Assembly: GCF_006345805.1 (NCBI RefSeq)
Contig: NC_043020.1
Location: 10,478,001-10,542,000 of the forward strand
Source: Octopus sinensis
Taxonomy: Eukaryota
DNA: 64,000 bases
Direction: 5' to 3'
Numbering within the stretch: position 1 is the first letter of the stretch; every line of letters starts with the position of its first letter. Below the pieces are notes generated by a model. It saw only the letters and a list, made by a program, of their open reading frames with translations. It ran no database searches and was not told where the DNA came from. Position numbers and translations under genes: made by a program. Positions 50,633 to 62,606 of this stretch are shown here, piece by piece.

Positions 50633-51010
50633 TAGGCGTAAGAGTGGCTGTGTAGTAAATAGCTTGTTTACCAACCACATGGTTCCGGGTTCAGTCCCAC
50701 TATAGCCTCGGGCCGACCAAAGCCTTGTGAGTGGATTTGGTAGACGAAAACTGAAAGAAGCTTGTCGTATATATGTATATATATATAAGTGTGTGTGTGT
50801 ATGTTTGTGTATCTGTGTTTGTCCCCCAACATCGCTTGACAACCGATGCTGGTGTGTTTAGGCCCCCGTAACTTAGTGGTTCGGCAAAAGAGACCGATAG
50901 AATAAGTACTAGGCTTACAAAGAATAAGTTTTGGGGTCAATTTGCTCGATCGACTAAAGGCGGTGCTCCAGCATGGCCACAGTCAAATGACTGAAACAAG
51001 TAAAAAAAGA
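50633..51010 (+). mobile_element. SINE family A
   Basis: Head-to-head with the previous copy; small internal deletion. Confidence 0.88.
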
Positions 51011-51031
51011 AAAAGATATATATATATATAT

Positions 51032-51238
51032 ATTTCTTTATTGCCCACAAGGGGCTAAACATAGAAAGGACAGACAAAGGGATTAAGTCGATTACATTGA
51101 TCCCAGTACATAACTGGTACTTATTTAATCGACCCCGAAAGGATGAAAGGCAAAGTCGACCTCGGCGGAACTTGAACTCAGAACATAGCGGCAGACGAAA
51201 TACGGCTACGCATTTCGCCCGGCGTGCTAACGATTCCG
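51032..51238 (-). mobile_element. SINE family B
   Basis: Family match. Confidence 0.85.
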
Positions 51239-51504
51239 TATGTATGTATGTATGTGTGTGTTTACTGTCTGCTCATCTTGACATTGTCTGACAATTCTGA
51301 GTGTCAGTCTTACAAGTGAAGGCCTTTGTTTCCAGGTTTCCTTGGGAACATATCTGGCCATGGGAAAACATTACTTTGTCTGAAAACAGGTGAGGGCTGG
51401 TAACAGAAAGGTATTCTAGATAATAGAAAGCTGGTTTCAATAAATATACAGGGTGGCCTAAAAGTAGGTTTACAGTTGTACAACTATGTCTTTTGCATAC
51501 ATAT

Positions 51505-51902
51505 ACTCTTTCACTTGTTTCTGTCATTTGACTGCGGCCATGCTGGAGCACCACTTTTAATCGAGTAACTCGACCCCGGGACTTATTCTTTTGTAAGCCC
51601 AGTACTTATTCTATCGGTCTCTTTTGCCGAACCGCTAAGTGACAGGGACATAAACACACCAGCATCGGTTGTCAAGCAATGCTAGGGGGACAGACACAAA
51701 CATATACACACACACTTATATATATATATACATATATACGACAGGCTTCTTTCAGTTTCCGTCTACCAAATCCACTCACAAGGCTTTGGTCGGCCCGAGA
51801 CTATAGTAGAAGACACTTGCCCAAGGTGCCACGCAGTGGGACTGAACCCGGAACCATGTGGTTGGTAAACAAGCTACTTACCACACAGCCACTCCTATGC
51901 CT
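51505..51902 (-). mobile_element. SINE family A
   Basis: Full copy. Confidence 0.88.
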
Positions 51903-52301
51903 CTGCTAACATTATTACATAATTCTGTGCCCCAAAAAGCAACTGTTGGATCTGAAATACTATGGCTTCTCCTCTCGGTTTTCTGTGTATTTGTACTCTG
52001 TATAAATATGCTTGTGACTGCATGGCTTTTCTTTTTTTGTTGTGTATGTAATGATGTTTTGTTATGTTGTGTTTGTTTTCGTCATTGTCCTGTACATTCA
52101 CTAGTTATTCCCAGGGGGTTTTTTGCCACTGGTGCCACCAAAAGTGAACAATATCAACGTTGAAGGCATGAAATTGTAATGATCATTTTGACATGGACTG
52201 ATGAGCAATAACCTAGGAATTTTCTGTTTGTTATGTTTTTTGTAAAGTTTTCCATTGTGTGTGTGTGTATATGTATATATTATTATTATATTGGAAATCT
52301 A

Positions 52302-52712
52302 TAGGCGCAGGAGTGGCTGTGTGGTAAGTAGCTTGCTTACCAACAACATGGTTCTGGGTTCAGTCCCACTGCGTGGCAAGTGTCTTCTACTATAGCATTG
52401 GGTCGACCAAAGCCTTGTGAGTGGATTTAGTAGACGGAAACTGAAAGAACCCCATCATATATATGTATACATATATATATATATGTATGTGTGTGTATAT
52501 GTTTGTGTGTCTGTGTTTGTCCCCCCAACATCGCTTGACAACCGATGCTGGTGTGTTTACATCTCTGTAACTTAGTGGTTCGGCAAAAGGGACCGATAGA
52601 ATAAGTACTGGGCTTACAAAGAATAAGTCCCAGGGTCGATTTGCTCGACTAAAGGTGGTGCTCCAGCATGGCCGCAGTCAAATGACTGAAACAAGTAAAA
52701 GGGTAAAAGAGT
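52302..52712 (+). mobile_element. SINE family A
   Basis: Full copy. Confidence 0.88.
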
Positions 52713-52842
52713 ATGGTTGTCTGCATCTGAGGAGTGTGGTGTCTTTCAAATTGATGTAATGTTTTCATTGATCGATTAAATGGAGCAGCTTGAAACGGCC
52801 GTAATGCATTGAAACCTGGGTATTCTTGTTACTCATTTACTT

Positions 52843-52877
<35 letters not shown>

Positions 52878-52991
52878 CATGTACAATGCTCTCACTAAAT
52901 GTTTTAGGTGAATTCATGGATTATACATGCATTCATACATATTCATTCTATCCTGTGTATGTATATTTGCTCTAATTTCTCTATTCAACAG

Positions 52992-53161
52992 ACATGGCTT
53001 GGTCCATCTTTAATCATCATAAATCCTTACTCAAATGCCATAAAATCTAGCTCGGAGCAAAATCCGGATGACAACAGCAGCTGTCGGCTCCTCAGACATA
53101 AAGTAACAGAAGTTCTGCAAGAACTCTTTCAGACGAAACTCCCTCAAACTTTCATTTTGCG
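52992..53161 (+). CDS. Exon of divergent unconventional myosin (TYxGxILxxxNPY region)
   Basis: Acceptor tctattcaacag, donor TTGCG|gttggt. Encodes TWLGPSLIIINPYSNAIKSSSEQNPDDNSSCRLLRHKVTEVLQELFQTKLPQTFIL(R), inside ORF 52908..53201. Phase 0 start, phase 2 end. Confidence 0.88.
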
Positions 53162-53371
53162 GTTGGTACTACTCTATTTTCTATTATATGTATATATGTG
53201 ACTACGTAGTTCGTATGTCTGTATGTACGTATGTATGTATCTTTGTATGCATCTATGTATCTTTGTATGTATGTATGTATGTATGTGTTTACATATGTTG
53301 GTGTGTATATATCCAAAATGCGTATGTAGGTATGTATCAATATATGTATGTACATACATATATGTGTGTAT

Positions 53372-53600
53372 GCGGCGAGCTGGCAGGAACGTTAGCACGT
53401 TGGGCGAAATGCTTAGCGGTATTTCGTCTGCCGTTACGTTGTGAGTTCAAATTCCGCCGAGCTCGACTTTGCCTTTCATCCTTTCGGGGTCAATAAATTA
53501 AATACCAGTTATGCACTGGGGTCGATGTAATCGATTTAATCCCTTTGTCTGTCCTTTTTTGTCTCCCCCTATGGTTAGCCCCTTGTGGGTAATAAAGATA
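53372..53600 (+). mobile_element. SINE family B
   Basis: Full copy. Confidence 0.88.
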
Positions 53601-53602
53601 CA

Positions 53603-53633
<31 letters not shown>

Positions 53634-53797
53634 TTGAAGGGCAAATAAACATGTATTAGAATTTTCTCTGATTTTTCAGATTTTTGTATGCTAGGCTACT
53701 GGTTTTAAATTGATATTAATTATTAAATTAATATTCAATTTATCTCCCTCATTATTTAAATGATATATATATATATATATATATATATAATAATAAT

Positions 53798-54190
53798 AGG
53801 CACAGGTGTGGCTGTGTGGTAAGTAGCTTGCTAACCAACCACATGGTTCCGGGTTCAGTCCCACTGTGTGGCATCTTGGGCAAGTGTCTTCTGCTATATC
53901 CCCGGGCTGACCAATGCCTTGTGAGTGGATTTGGTAGATGGAAACTGAAAGAAGCCCGTCGTATATATGTATATATATATGTGTGTGTTTGTCCCCCTAG
54001 CATTGCTTGACAACTGATGCTGGTGTGTTTATGTCCCCGTCACTTAGCGGTTCGGCAAAAGAGACCGATGGAATAAGTACTGGGCTTACAAAGAATAAGT
54101 CCCGGGGTCGATTTGCTCGACTAAAGGCTGTGCTCCAGCATGGCCACAGTCAAATGACTGAAACAAGTAAAAGAGTAAAGAGTAAGAGTC
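53798..54190 (+). mobile_element. SINE family A
   Basis: Full copy. Confidence 0.88.
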
Positions 54191-54311
54191 AAGAGAGTAT
54201 ATATATATATACTTAATCATATTGAAGGGAAATGGAAATTAATAGAAATTTTCACTTCCAGTGGCCAAGCGTGTAAAAATTTAGTCCAAAGACTATCTAT
54301 TAGCCATAAAG

Positions 54312-54596
54312 TACAGTATACATTTAAACCCACAAGGAATCCACTCGTGGGATTCAACACACTAGAAAGAACAGCTAGGTTCTATAACCACAAAAATAGG
54401 GATAAAATTCGACAGGAACGAAATGAAAAAAATAAAAACTTTTACCATGCAGTTTCCTGATGGTAAAAGTTTTTATTTTTTCATTTCGTTCCTGTAGAAT
54501 TTTATCCCTAATTTTGTGGGTTTTGGAACCTAGCTGTTCTTTCTAGTGTGTTGAATCCCACGAGTGGATTCCTTGTGGGTTTAAATGTACACTGTA
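54312..54596. repeat. Fold-back inverted repeat (~137-bp arms, 11-nt loop)
   Basis: ...CTTTTACCAT GCAGTTTCCTG ATGGTAAAAG... Confidence 0.9.
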
Positions 54597-54599
54597 TTT

Positions 54600-55194
54600 T
54601 ATATATTATCTATATATATATATACATATATATCTATATATATATATACATATATATCTATATATTATATATACATATATATCTATATATATATATATAC
54701 ATATATATCTATATATATATATACATATATATCTATATATATATATATATACATATATATATCTATAATATATATACATATATATCTATATATATATATA
54801 CATATATATCTATATATATTTATACATATATATATCTATATTTATACATATATATATCTATATTTATACATATATATATCTATATTTATACATATATATA
54901 TCTATATTTATACATATATATATCTATATTTATACATATATATATCTATATTTATACATATATATATATTATATATATATATATTATATCTATATCTATA
55001 CATATATATATCTATATCTATACATATATATATATATATCTATACATATATATATCTATATCTATACATATATATATCTATATCTATACATATATATATC
55101 TATATCTATACATATATATATCTATATCTATACATATATATATCTATATCTATACATATATATATCTATATCTATACATATATATATCTATCTA

Positions 55195-55228
<34 letters not shown>

Positions 55229-55230
55229 TG
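54600..55230. repeat. TA-rich minisatellite/microsatellite
   Basis: Repeated TATATATATCTATAT(C/T)TATACA units; source of the 237/240-aa pseudo-ORFs. Confidence 0.95.
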
Positions 55231-55689
55231 TGTATGTACTTGTAATTATATATATCATTAAGTATGTTTGTATGTGTCATATCTTGCTGAAAGGTGAAAC
55301 TCTTTAATGAGAAAGGAATCAAGTAGTATGCAGACCATTAGAAACAAAACACCAGTTTATACAAGGGAATGGAAGTGTTTTTTTCTGACAAGAACATTTT
55401 CTTGCTTTCTATAATGGTTCCAAATTTTGGCACAGAGCCAGCAATTTTAGGGGAGGGTTAAGTCACATCGACCCCAGTTTTCAACTGGTTCTTATGTTTT
55501 CATCCCCTCTCCCACAAAAAGAAAACAAATGATGAAAAGTCGACCTCAGCAGAATTTGATCTTCGAATGTGAAGATGGATGTAATGCTGCTAAACATTTT
55601 GCCCAGGATCCTAACACCGACCTGTGGGAAAGGGCCAACCAGGAGCCCATACATGTTCAGATTAGATGAAGGAAATGGAGATGGATTGG

Positions 55690-56300
55690 ACACACATTGA
55701 TTTTTATCGCTCTTGGTACATGTTTTCGGGATGTGGCAAGCCAACGGTCACTCTTTGTGTTCACCATCTGATCTTGGCAGAAATTTTTTCTAATTTGAGA
55801 AAAACCAAAGCATGTTTGGTTGGTGGGGATGCTTTAGCTTGTTCAAAAGCTTCATAGTGCAGTCTTTCCTCTTGTCCTTGATGGCTTGAGATGAGAATTG
55901 GCCCTTTCTCATCTTGTATGAGGAACACCAAATGTCTTCAAGCACTACCTGCCTGGTAAGAAACTGAGACACTCTCATGTCCCTGACGATGGACCTGATT
56001 GGCTTGGAGGGATCGTTGTCAATCATAGCCTGGATCTCACCAACAAATTCAGGAGTTCCCTTCTTAGCAGAATGATCAGAAATGTTTAATTTGGAGCTTC
56101 TGGCGCAACTGCCAAGCAGTACAGAATGTCATTCCAAACTTCTGGCAGAGTGAATTGCGTTATGGTGCTGTTGTTTTTCTCACAGACGGTGCCCAACTGA
56201 CCCTACTATACTGTGTAGCTGACAAAATGAAAAACAAACAATACACGTGCGCAAAAGTAAATATATAAAATGGCAAAAATTTACCCATTGCACCCTGTAT
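55690..56300 (-). mobile_element. maT-family Tc1/mariner 5' part
   Basis: TA-CAGGGTG TIR at ~56300; ORF 55790..56026 ...KLLNKLKHP..PNMLWFFS; 5' region homologous to 62607-62830. Confidence 0.78.
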
Positions 56301-56419
56301 ACATATGTAAATAAATATATATATATGTGTATATACATACACATACACACATACATCTATCTCATCCAGGGACACAGGTATTTTCCAGTCCCTTCTGCTG
56401 GGTGGTTGGTGTTGGGAAG

Positions 56420-56515
56420 GTCTGTAAAAATGAATAAGTCCTGGGGTCAATTTGTTTGACTAAAGGCGGTGCTCCAGCATGGCCGCAGTCAAATGACTGA
56501 AACAAGTAAAAGAAT
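56420..56515 (+). mobile_element. SINE family A 3' fragment
   Basis: Tail ends ~60 bp upstream of the P-loop exon acceptor. Confidence 0.8.
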
Positions 56516-56574
56516 ATATACAATCTTGCTCTCTAACTTTGCTCTCTTTTTTCCATGTCTCATTATTATTCTAG

Positions 56575-56752
56575 AGGTGAGAGTGGCAGTGGAAAAAGCT
56601 ACAATGCCAAACAGATCCTGTACAGTTTATTCTCCCAAACTAACCAGGGCTTGTCCCGTTCCAGTTGTTTTACCAAAGTTACAGCAGCACTGACCGTTCT
56701 GTGTTCTTTTACCAATGTCTCCACCAAATATAACTCTGATAGCAGTCGTGTG
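56575..56752 (+). CDS. Exon of divergent unconventional myosin carrying P-loop and switch I
   Basis: Polypyrimidine tract plus ctag acceptor, donor GTG|gtcagt. CG from the previous exon + A gives Arg, then GESGSGKSYNAKQILYSLF...TAALTVLCSFTNVSTKYNSDSSRV (P-loop GESGxGK, switch-I SSR). Confidence 0.92.
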
Positions 56753-56937
56753 GTCAGTTTTTTTGTTTTATTCCAACTTCATTTTACAATTTAGTTTTTT
56801 TGTTTATTTCTGGCTTTCATTGTTACTTTTTTGTAATTTTCTAATTGGTTTCAGTCATTGGGGGTGTGGCCATAACCTCTATATAAACTGGTGTATATAT
56901 AAATATATTGGGATGCGTATAGTAAGCTAGATCGTTT

Positions 56938-57292
56938 ATCTTTTACTTGTTTCGGTCATTAGACTGTGGCCATGCTGGTGCATCACCTTGAATAATTTAT
57001 AGTTAAATGAAACGACCCCAGTAGTTATTTTGTGTTAAGCCTGGTACTTATTCTACTGGTCTCTTTTGCTGAACTGCTAAGTTACAGGGATGTAAACCCA
57101 CCAACACTGGTTGTGAAGCAGTGGTGGGGGACAAACACAGTCACACACAATAGGCTTCTTTCAGTTTCCATCTATCAAATCGACTCTCAAGGCTTTGGTT
57201 GGCCTGAATCTTATAATAGAAGATACTTGCCCAAGGTGCCATACTGTGGGATTGAACCCAGAACTATGTAGTTGGGAAGCAAACTTCTCACC
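56938..57292 (-). mobile_element. Degenerate SINE family A
   Basis: Diverged core and tail. Confidence 0.75.
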
Positions 57293-57729
57293 ATACTGGA
57301 GCATATGTCATGAGATAGATGTGTTATCATCATCGTTGTTTTTAATGTCCACTTTTCCATGCATGTATGGATCGCTCTGAATTTGCTATGCAGATTTTCT
57401 ATGTCTGGATGCCCTTCCTATCACCAAACCTCACTTGCTTCCAAGGAAATTAATATTTCCCTTTGGCTGCATATTTTGTTTCACGGGAGGCTGGAAATGA
57501 ACAATCTCACCTGTATAACAGTGATGCTAATTTACAACTCCCGTGTGATGTTTAGGTTAGGATACAAACATGCTTACATACATACATGCATACATATATA
57601 CATACATACATATACACATATGCAGAGTGAAGCAAAAGTTGTGCACCATAGGGATAATTCATTAAAAGTATAATTACACATGAAAATTTTATTTGTTAGT
57701 TATTTAATTGTTATACATGCTGATCAAAA

Positions 57730-57855
57730 GGTGACCAGTAAATTCCACCACAGAAAATTCCACCAGGTACATTTCACCATAGGTAAATTCCACCATGGCA
57801 TATTCCACCATGGTAAATTTCACCATAGGTGAAATTATCATCATCATCATCATCG

Positions 57856-57929
<74 letters not shown>

Positions 57930-58990
57930 TCATTATTCAGAAGGGTTCCACAATGCTTTGCACTCATCACTAACATCCACACATCCAAATTTGTGGAATC
58001 TATGCACTGCCCTTAAATCTGAGTAAGGATTAAGCCAGACAAAAATTGCACATGTTCGACATGGGGACTCAACAACAACAACAAAAAACCTATCAAATTA
58101 TTGATGCATGACTGAAGAAGCTAGTTCAGGAATATCAAAATGAAAACCCTCTGCAATTTTTAAGAAGTATTGCACACAATTTGTCTTAAGGAATTTTTTA
58201 AGAAAATAAATTAAACTTTCTCATCCTAACTCTACTTCACAATGTACTTGCTGTTATTTTTTATTCTATTGTTATAATAAAATGTGTGCTGAAATTTAAT
58301 CTTTTCTTTCTTTATCCCAAATTATATTATTTTTGAAATTTTGTGATGAGTCTTTTCTATAGATTCTTGCTCGACGGGAATACCTTAAAGTGATCCCATC
58401 TCATTCAAATAGATTATAAAGATTATTTTCTATCTCACCTTCAAACTCTCTCTCTCTCTCTTCTTAAGACTTGAGAGATAAACAGATTAAATAACATAGG
58501 GGTATTGACCCACAGTCTAGAGAAGCTAACCACAGGGATTATTAGCGGGTAGAATTTACCATGGTAGAATATACCGCAGTGGAATTTACCTATGGTGAAA
58601 TTTATCTGGTGGAATTTTCCATGGTGGAATTTACCATGGTGGAATATACCGTGGTGGAATTTTCCATGGTGGAATTTACCTGGTGGAATGCCTTCCTTTT
58701 CATAACACATTTCAATTCTGTGCCTGCACGTGGTGGAATTTTCCGTGGTGGAATTTTCCATGGTGGAATATACCATGGTGGAATTTACCACAGTGGAATT
58801 TACCTAGGACCGTTGAAAATGCCTTCCTTTTCATAACACATTTCAATTCTGTGCCTGCACGTGGTGGAATTTTCCGTGGTGGAATTTACCATGGTGGAAT
58901 TTTCCATGGTGGAATATACCATGGTGGAATTTACCACAGTGGAATTTACCTAGGACCGTTGAAAATGCCTTCCTTTTCATAACACATTTC
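57730..58990. mobile_element. MULE/foldback-like non-autonomous element with ~15-bp subterminal repeats
   Basis: Left (AAATTCCACCATGGT)n versus right (GGTGGAATTTACCAT)n. Internal QKTYQIIDA*LKKLVQEYQNENPLQFLRSIAHNLS* resembles a MULE transposase C-terminus. Right end plus flank tandemly repeated. Confidence 0.62.
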
Positions 58991-59184
58991 AATTCTGTGC
59001 CTGCACAATTCAGTAACACATCAGAGAGTTACCTCTGTTATTTTACTGCATTTATTTTCAATTCTTTCTTAAAGTTCTTGATATTTCATGCCAAGCTGTT
59101 CAGTCCATGCCTACCTGGGAAACAGACATTAAATGTGGTTGTTGATGATGAAGCATAAAGACTGAGTTGGCTATCCCTATATTC

Positions 59185-59418
59185 AGCGGCAAGCTGGCAG
59201 AAACGGTAGCACGCCGGGCGAAATGCGTAGTCATATTTCGTCTGCCGCTACGTTCTGAGTTCAAATTCCGCCAAGATTGACTTTGCCTTTCATCCTTTCG
59301 GGGTTGACAAATTAAGTACCAGTTACGCACTGGGGTCGATGGAATCGACTTAATCGCTTTGTCTGTCCTTGTTTGTCCCCTCTGTGTTTAGCCATTTGTA
59401 GGTAGTAAAGAAATATAT
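59185..59418 (+). mobile_element. SINE family B
   Basis: Full copy. Confidence 0.88.
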
Positions 59419-59805
59419 ATTCACACTTAAGCATACGCATACACTTCATTGAACTTCCAATTTTAAATATGAATTCCTTATTGTTTCAAGTGAAAGTGTG
59501 GGCTTAAGTGGTTAAGATAATCAGCTCGCAATCATAAGAAGCCCATTGTAGTCAGTTGATTTGTAACCACATACCTGCACCCACCTCTCAACCTTATCAC
59601 ATATCTCCTCTCCTCTACTTAGCATGGCCATTTGCTTCCAACACATACCCTACTATATAGTGTTCTATTCTTTATCTTGTACTTTGTCCCCCATCCCACA
59701 CACATTCTGTTGTGTATTGTTGTAGATAAAAATTCATCATCTTGCACTTCACCCCAACCCCACCCTAGACTTACTAATTGGTAATTTTAATGCACTTATT
59801 GCACA

Positions 59806-60182
59806 TAGGTGCAGGAGTGACTGTGTGGTAAGTAGCTTGCTTACCAACCACATGGTTCTGGGTTCAGTCCCACTGCGTGGCACCTTGGGCAAGTGTCTTC
59901 TACTATAGCCTCGGGCCGACCAAAGCCTTGTGAATGGATTTGGTAGACAGACACTGAAAGAAGCCCGGCGTATATATGTATATATATGTTTGTGTGTCTG
60001 TATTTGTACTTCTCCCTATGCTGGTGTGTTTATGTCTCCGTAACTTAGCGGTTCGCCAAAAAGAGAATGATAGAATAAGTACTAGGCTTACAAAGAATAA
60101 GTCCTGGGGTTGATTTGCTCGACTAAAGGCAGTGCTCCAGCATGGCCACAGTCAAATGACTGAAACAAGTAAAAGAGTAAAG
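59806..60182 (+). mobile_element. SINE family A
   Basis: Full copy. Confidence 0.88.
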
Positions 60183-60464
60183 AAAGTGTACAATTGCTAT
60201 TATAGAGACAGCCTTCTTCACACCATACCACTTAGAATCTCCCACTTCCTTACCCTTGCTGTCACTAACCACTCCTTTCTATATATCTTCCTCCCTTGCC
60301 ACAACTGTTTGTTTCTATCTAACCTCATTATTATGATCTTGTCTTCTCTGCCTCTCTTCTTTTAAACTTTCCTCTATATCTTACACTAGTAGTTGACCAA
60401 AAATCTACTAAGGTTCTACTTCATTCTCCCTCTGATGATCATTTTCAGGAAAAATACACCATCT

Positions 60465-60860
60465 TATTTCTTTATTGCCCACAAGGGGCTAAACATAGAG
60501 GGGACAAACAAGGACAGACAAAGGGATTAAGCCGATTACATCGATCCCAGTGTGTAACTAGTACTTGATTTATTGACCCCGAAAGGATGAAAAGCAAAGT
60601 CGACCTCGGCGGAATTTGAACTCAGAACATAACAGCAGCCAAAATACCTATTTCTTTACTACCCACAATGGGCTAAACACAGAGTGGACAAACAAGGACA
60701 GACAAACGGATTAAGTCAATTACATCAACCCCAGTGTGTAACTGGTACTTAATTTATCGACCCCGAAAGGATGAAAGGCAAAGTCGACCTCGACGGAATT
60801 TTGAACTCAGAACGTAACGACAGACGAAATACTGCTAAGCATTTCGCCCGGCTAAGCATT
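60465..60860 (-). mobile_element. SINE family B, two monomers
   Basis: Tandem units. Confidence 0.88.
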
Positions 60861-61227
60861 TCGCCATCTGCACGTCTATTCTTGAAACAGACTTTCTTTA
60901 CACCTTCTCACTTACTTACTTCCTTCCTTCCTTCATTTGATCTATGATCGTGTAACAACACAACCCTCATGTTTAAATATATAACCATCATAATGTAACA
61001 CAACACCAGTGGTTTGCCTGCTTATATTCTTATTCAGTTATGCATGCACTTGCTCAGTTGAAAACCCACCTGTAGCTAATCAACATTAAGCAGCTATAAC
61101 ATCCTAGCTTTTAGTTGCAGTTCAAGTTGGAGTTTTAGGCTGCAGGTCAACCTGAGTACAAATTTTATGTACCCCTATTACTTTACACCATCAAATGTAA
61201 TATTACCTATATATATAGATATATATG

Positions 61228-61530
61228 TGGAGGCACAATGGCCCAGTGTTTAGGGCAGCGGACTCGTGGTCGTAGGATCGCGGTTTCGATTTCCAGACCA
61301 AGCGTTGTGAGTGTTTATTGAGCGAAAACACCTAAAAGCTCCATGACGCTCTGGCAGTGGGTGGTGATCCCTGCTGTACTCTTTCACCACTCTTTCTCAA
61401 ACTCTTTCTTCTGTTGGCCTGCTCACTTAGCCAGTAGGGTGGCGTCATTCGAAGGCTAAAACAATGCGAACGCATTGTGACCAGTGATGTGTAACAACAT
61501 CTGATGGTCTGGTCGGTCACGTGATCACGT
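61228..61530 (+). mobile_element. SINE with family-C head and a different 3' body
   Basis: Matches family C to ~61405, then diverges; ends GTCACGTGATCACGTGA + (TA)n. Confidence 0.7.
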
Positions 61531-61539
61531 GATATATAT

Positions 61540-61742
61540 ATATATGTGACCACGTGAGTACCATTGGCGATTTTTTTCTCCTCCATCTTCCCTTCCTTGG
61601 ATCTTTCTTTTTCCTATGTTTCTGACGAAGAGCTGTGCTCGAAACGTTAAATCCTCCTTCTTTCCTTCCTTTCCTGAGCATCCAATAACACTATACTTGT
61701 TCCACGTCCTCGTGTTGTGTTTCCATGCTTGGATTAACTATA
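61540..61742 (+). mobile_element. Penelope-like pLTR remnant carrying a minimal hammerhead
   Basis: Pyrimidine-rich ~200-bp unit between (TA)n tracts, containing the hammerhead core at 61618-61652. Confidence 0.55.
61618..61652 (+). ncRNA. Minimal type I hammerhead ribozyme candidate
   Basis: GTTT-CTGACGA-A-GAGC(TGT)GCTC-GAAA-CG-T-T-AAAT: stem I 4 bp, stem II 4 bp, palindromic ACGT stem III, GUU site. Confidence 0.62.
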
Positions 61743-62108
61743 TATATACATATATACAAAAATTCTATAATTATGAGCATGATTATAATTAGGGTTCAAC
61801 AAAAATTTGCTTCACCATATACCGAAATTTAGAAATAGCAATTAAAACTAATTATTTCACTACTATAAGAAAATCTCCTAGACAGCAATACTCAACAACA
61901 GCAGGTAAAGAGAAAAAATAACAAATCCACCCGGCTCTGATTAACTGTATACATGTTTTGGAGTTAGAGAGATGTGAAAAATGTAAAATCATATTACTAC
62001 TATCTCATTCTCCTCTTCAATACAGTATTTCAAGATTTTAAAATTGAGAGCACTGAAAAATTAAACATACTTATCTGACCAGGCGACATCAGACAATGTA
62101 TATCCAAC

Positions 62109-62139
<31 letters not shown>

Positions 62140-62227
62140 CATATATAATAATAAATATTAGGGAATGAATCCAAAATTACAGGGAAGAATCAGATTTAGG
62201 GTTAAATCCAATTTTATAGTAAAATAT

Positions 62228-62529
62228 TATATAATATAATTCGAGACAAATCCACTATTTTAAAACCAAACAAGGAAAGACTTAATCAATACATAAAATT
62301 TTAATATAAATTAAATAAACCGCCACTACAAATGTTTCATGTCTGTTTCATGTTTCATCAAATTTTGATACTGATTAGAAGATCGAAAATCCACCTAAAG
62401 ATTGTCGGTAGCAGACATGAAACATTTGTAGTGGCGGTTTATTTAATTTATATTAAAATTTTATGTATTGATTAAGTCTTTCCTTGTTTGGTTTTAAAAT
62501 AGTGGTTTTGTCTCGAATTATATTATATA
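62228..62529. repeat. Fold-back inverted repeat (~117-bp arms, ~67-nt loop)
   Basis: TAATTCGAGACAAA...GTTTCATGTCTG mirrored from 62412; upstream flank 62158-62220 resembles 43441-43500. Confidence 0.88.
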
Positions 62530-62606
62530 TACATATATATATATATACATATATATGTGTGTGTGTATACATATATAGAAATATATGTGTGTATATATAT
62601 ATATAT

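Noticed and set aside
49985-51480. Two Tc1-like TIRs (49985-50012, 51447-51480) as one element
   Set aside because: They face outward, so they cannot delimit the intervening DNA
57704-58982. ORFs with VEFTMVE/GGIFH repeats and poly-I/M runs
   Set aside because: Translations of the 15-bp subterminal repeats and (ATC/ATT)n
61990-62100. Possible next myosin exon after acceptor-like TCTTCAATACAG
   Set aside because: Stops in all three frames and no switch-II-region similarity; the next exon was not found in the window
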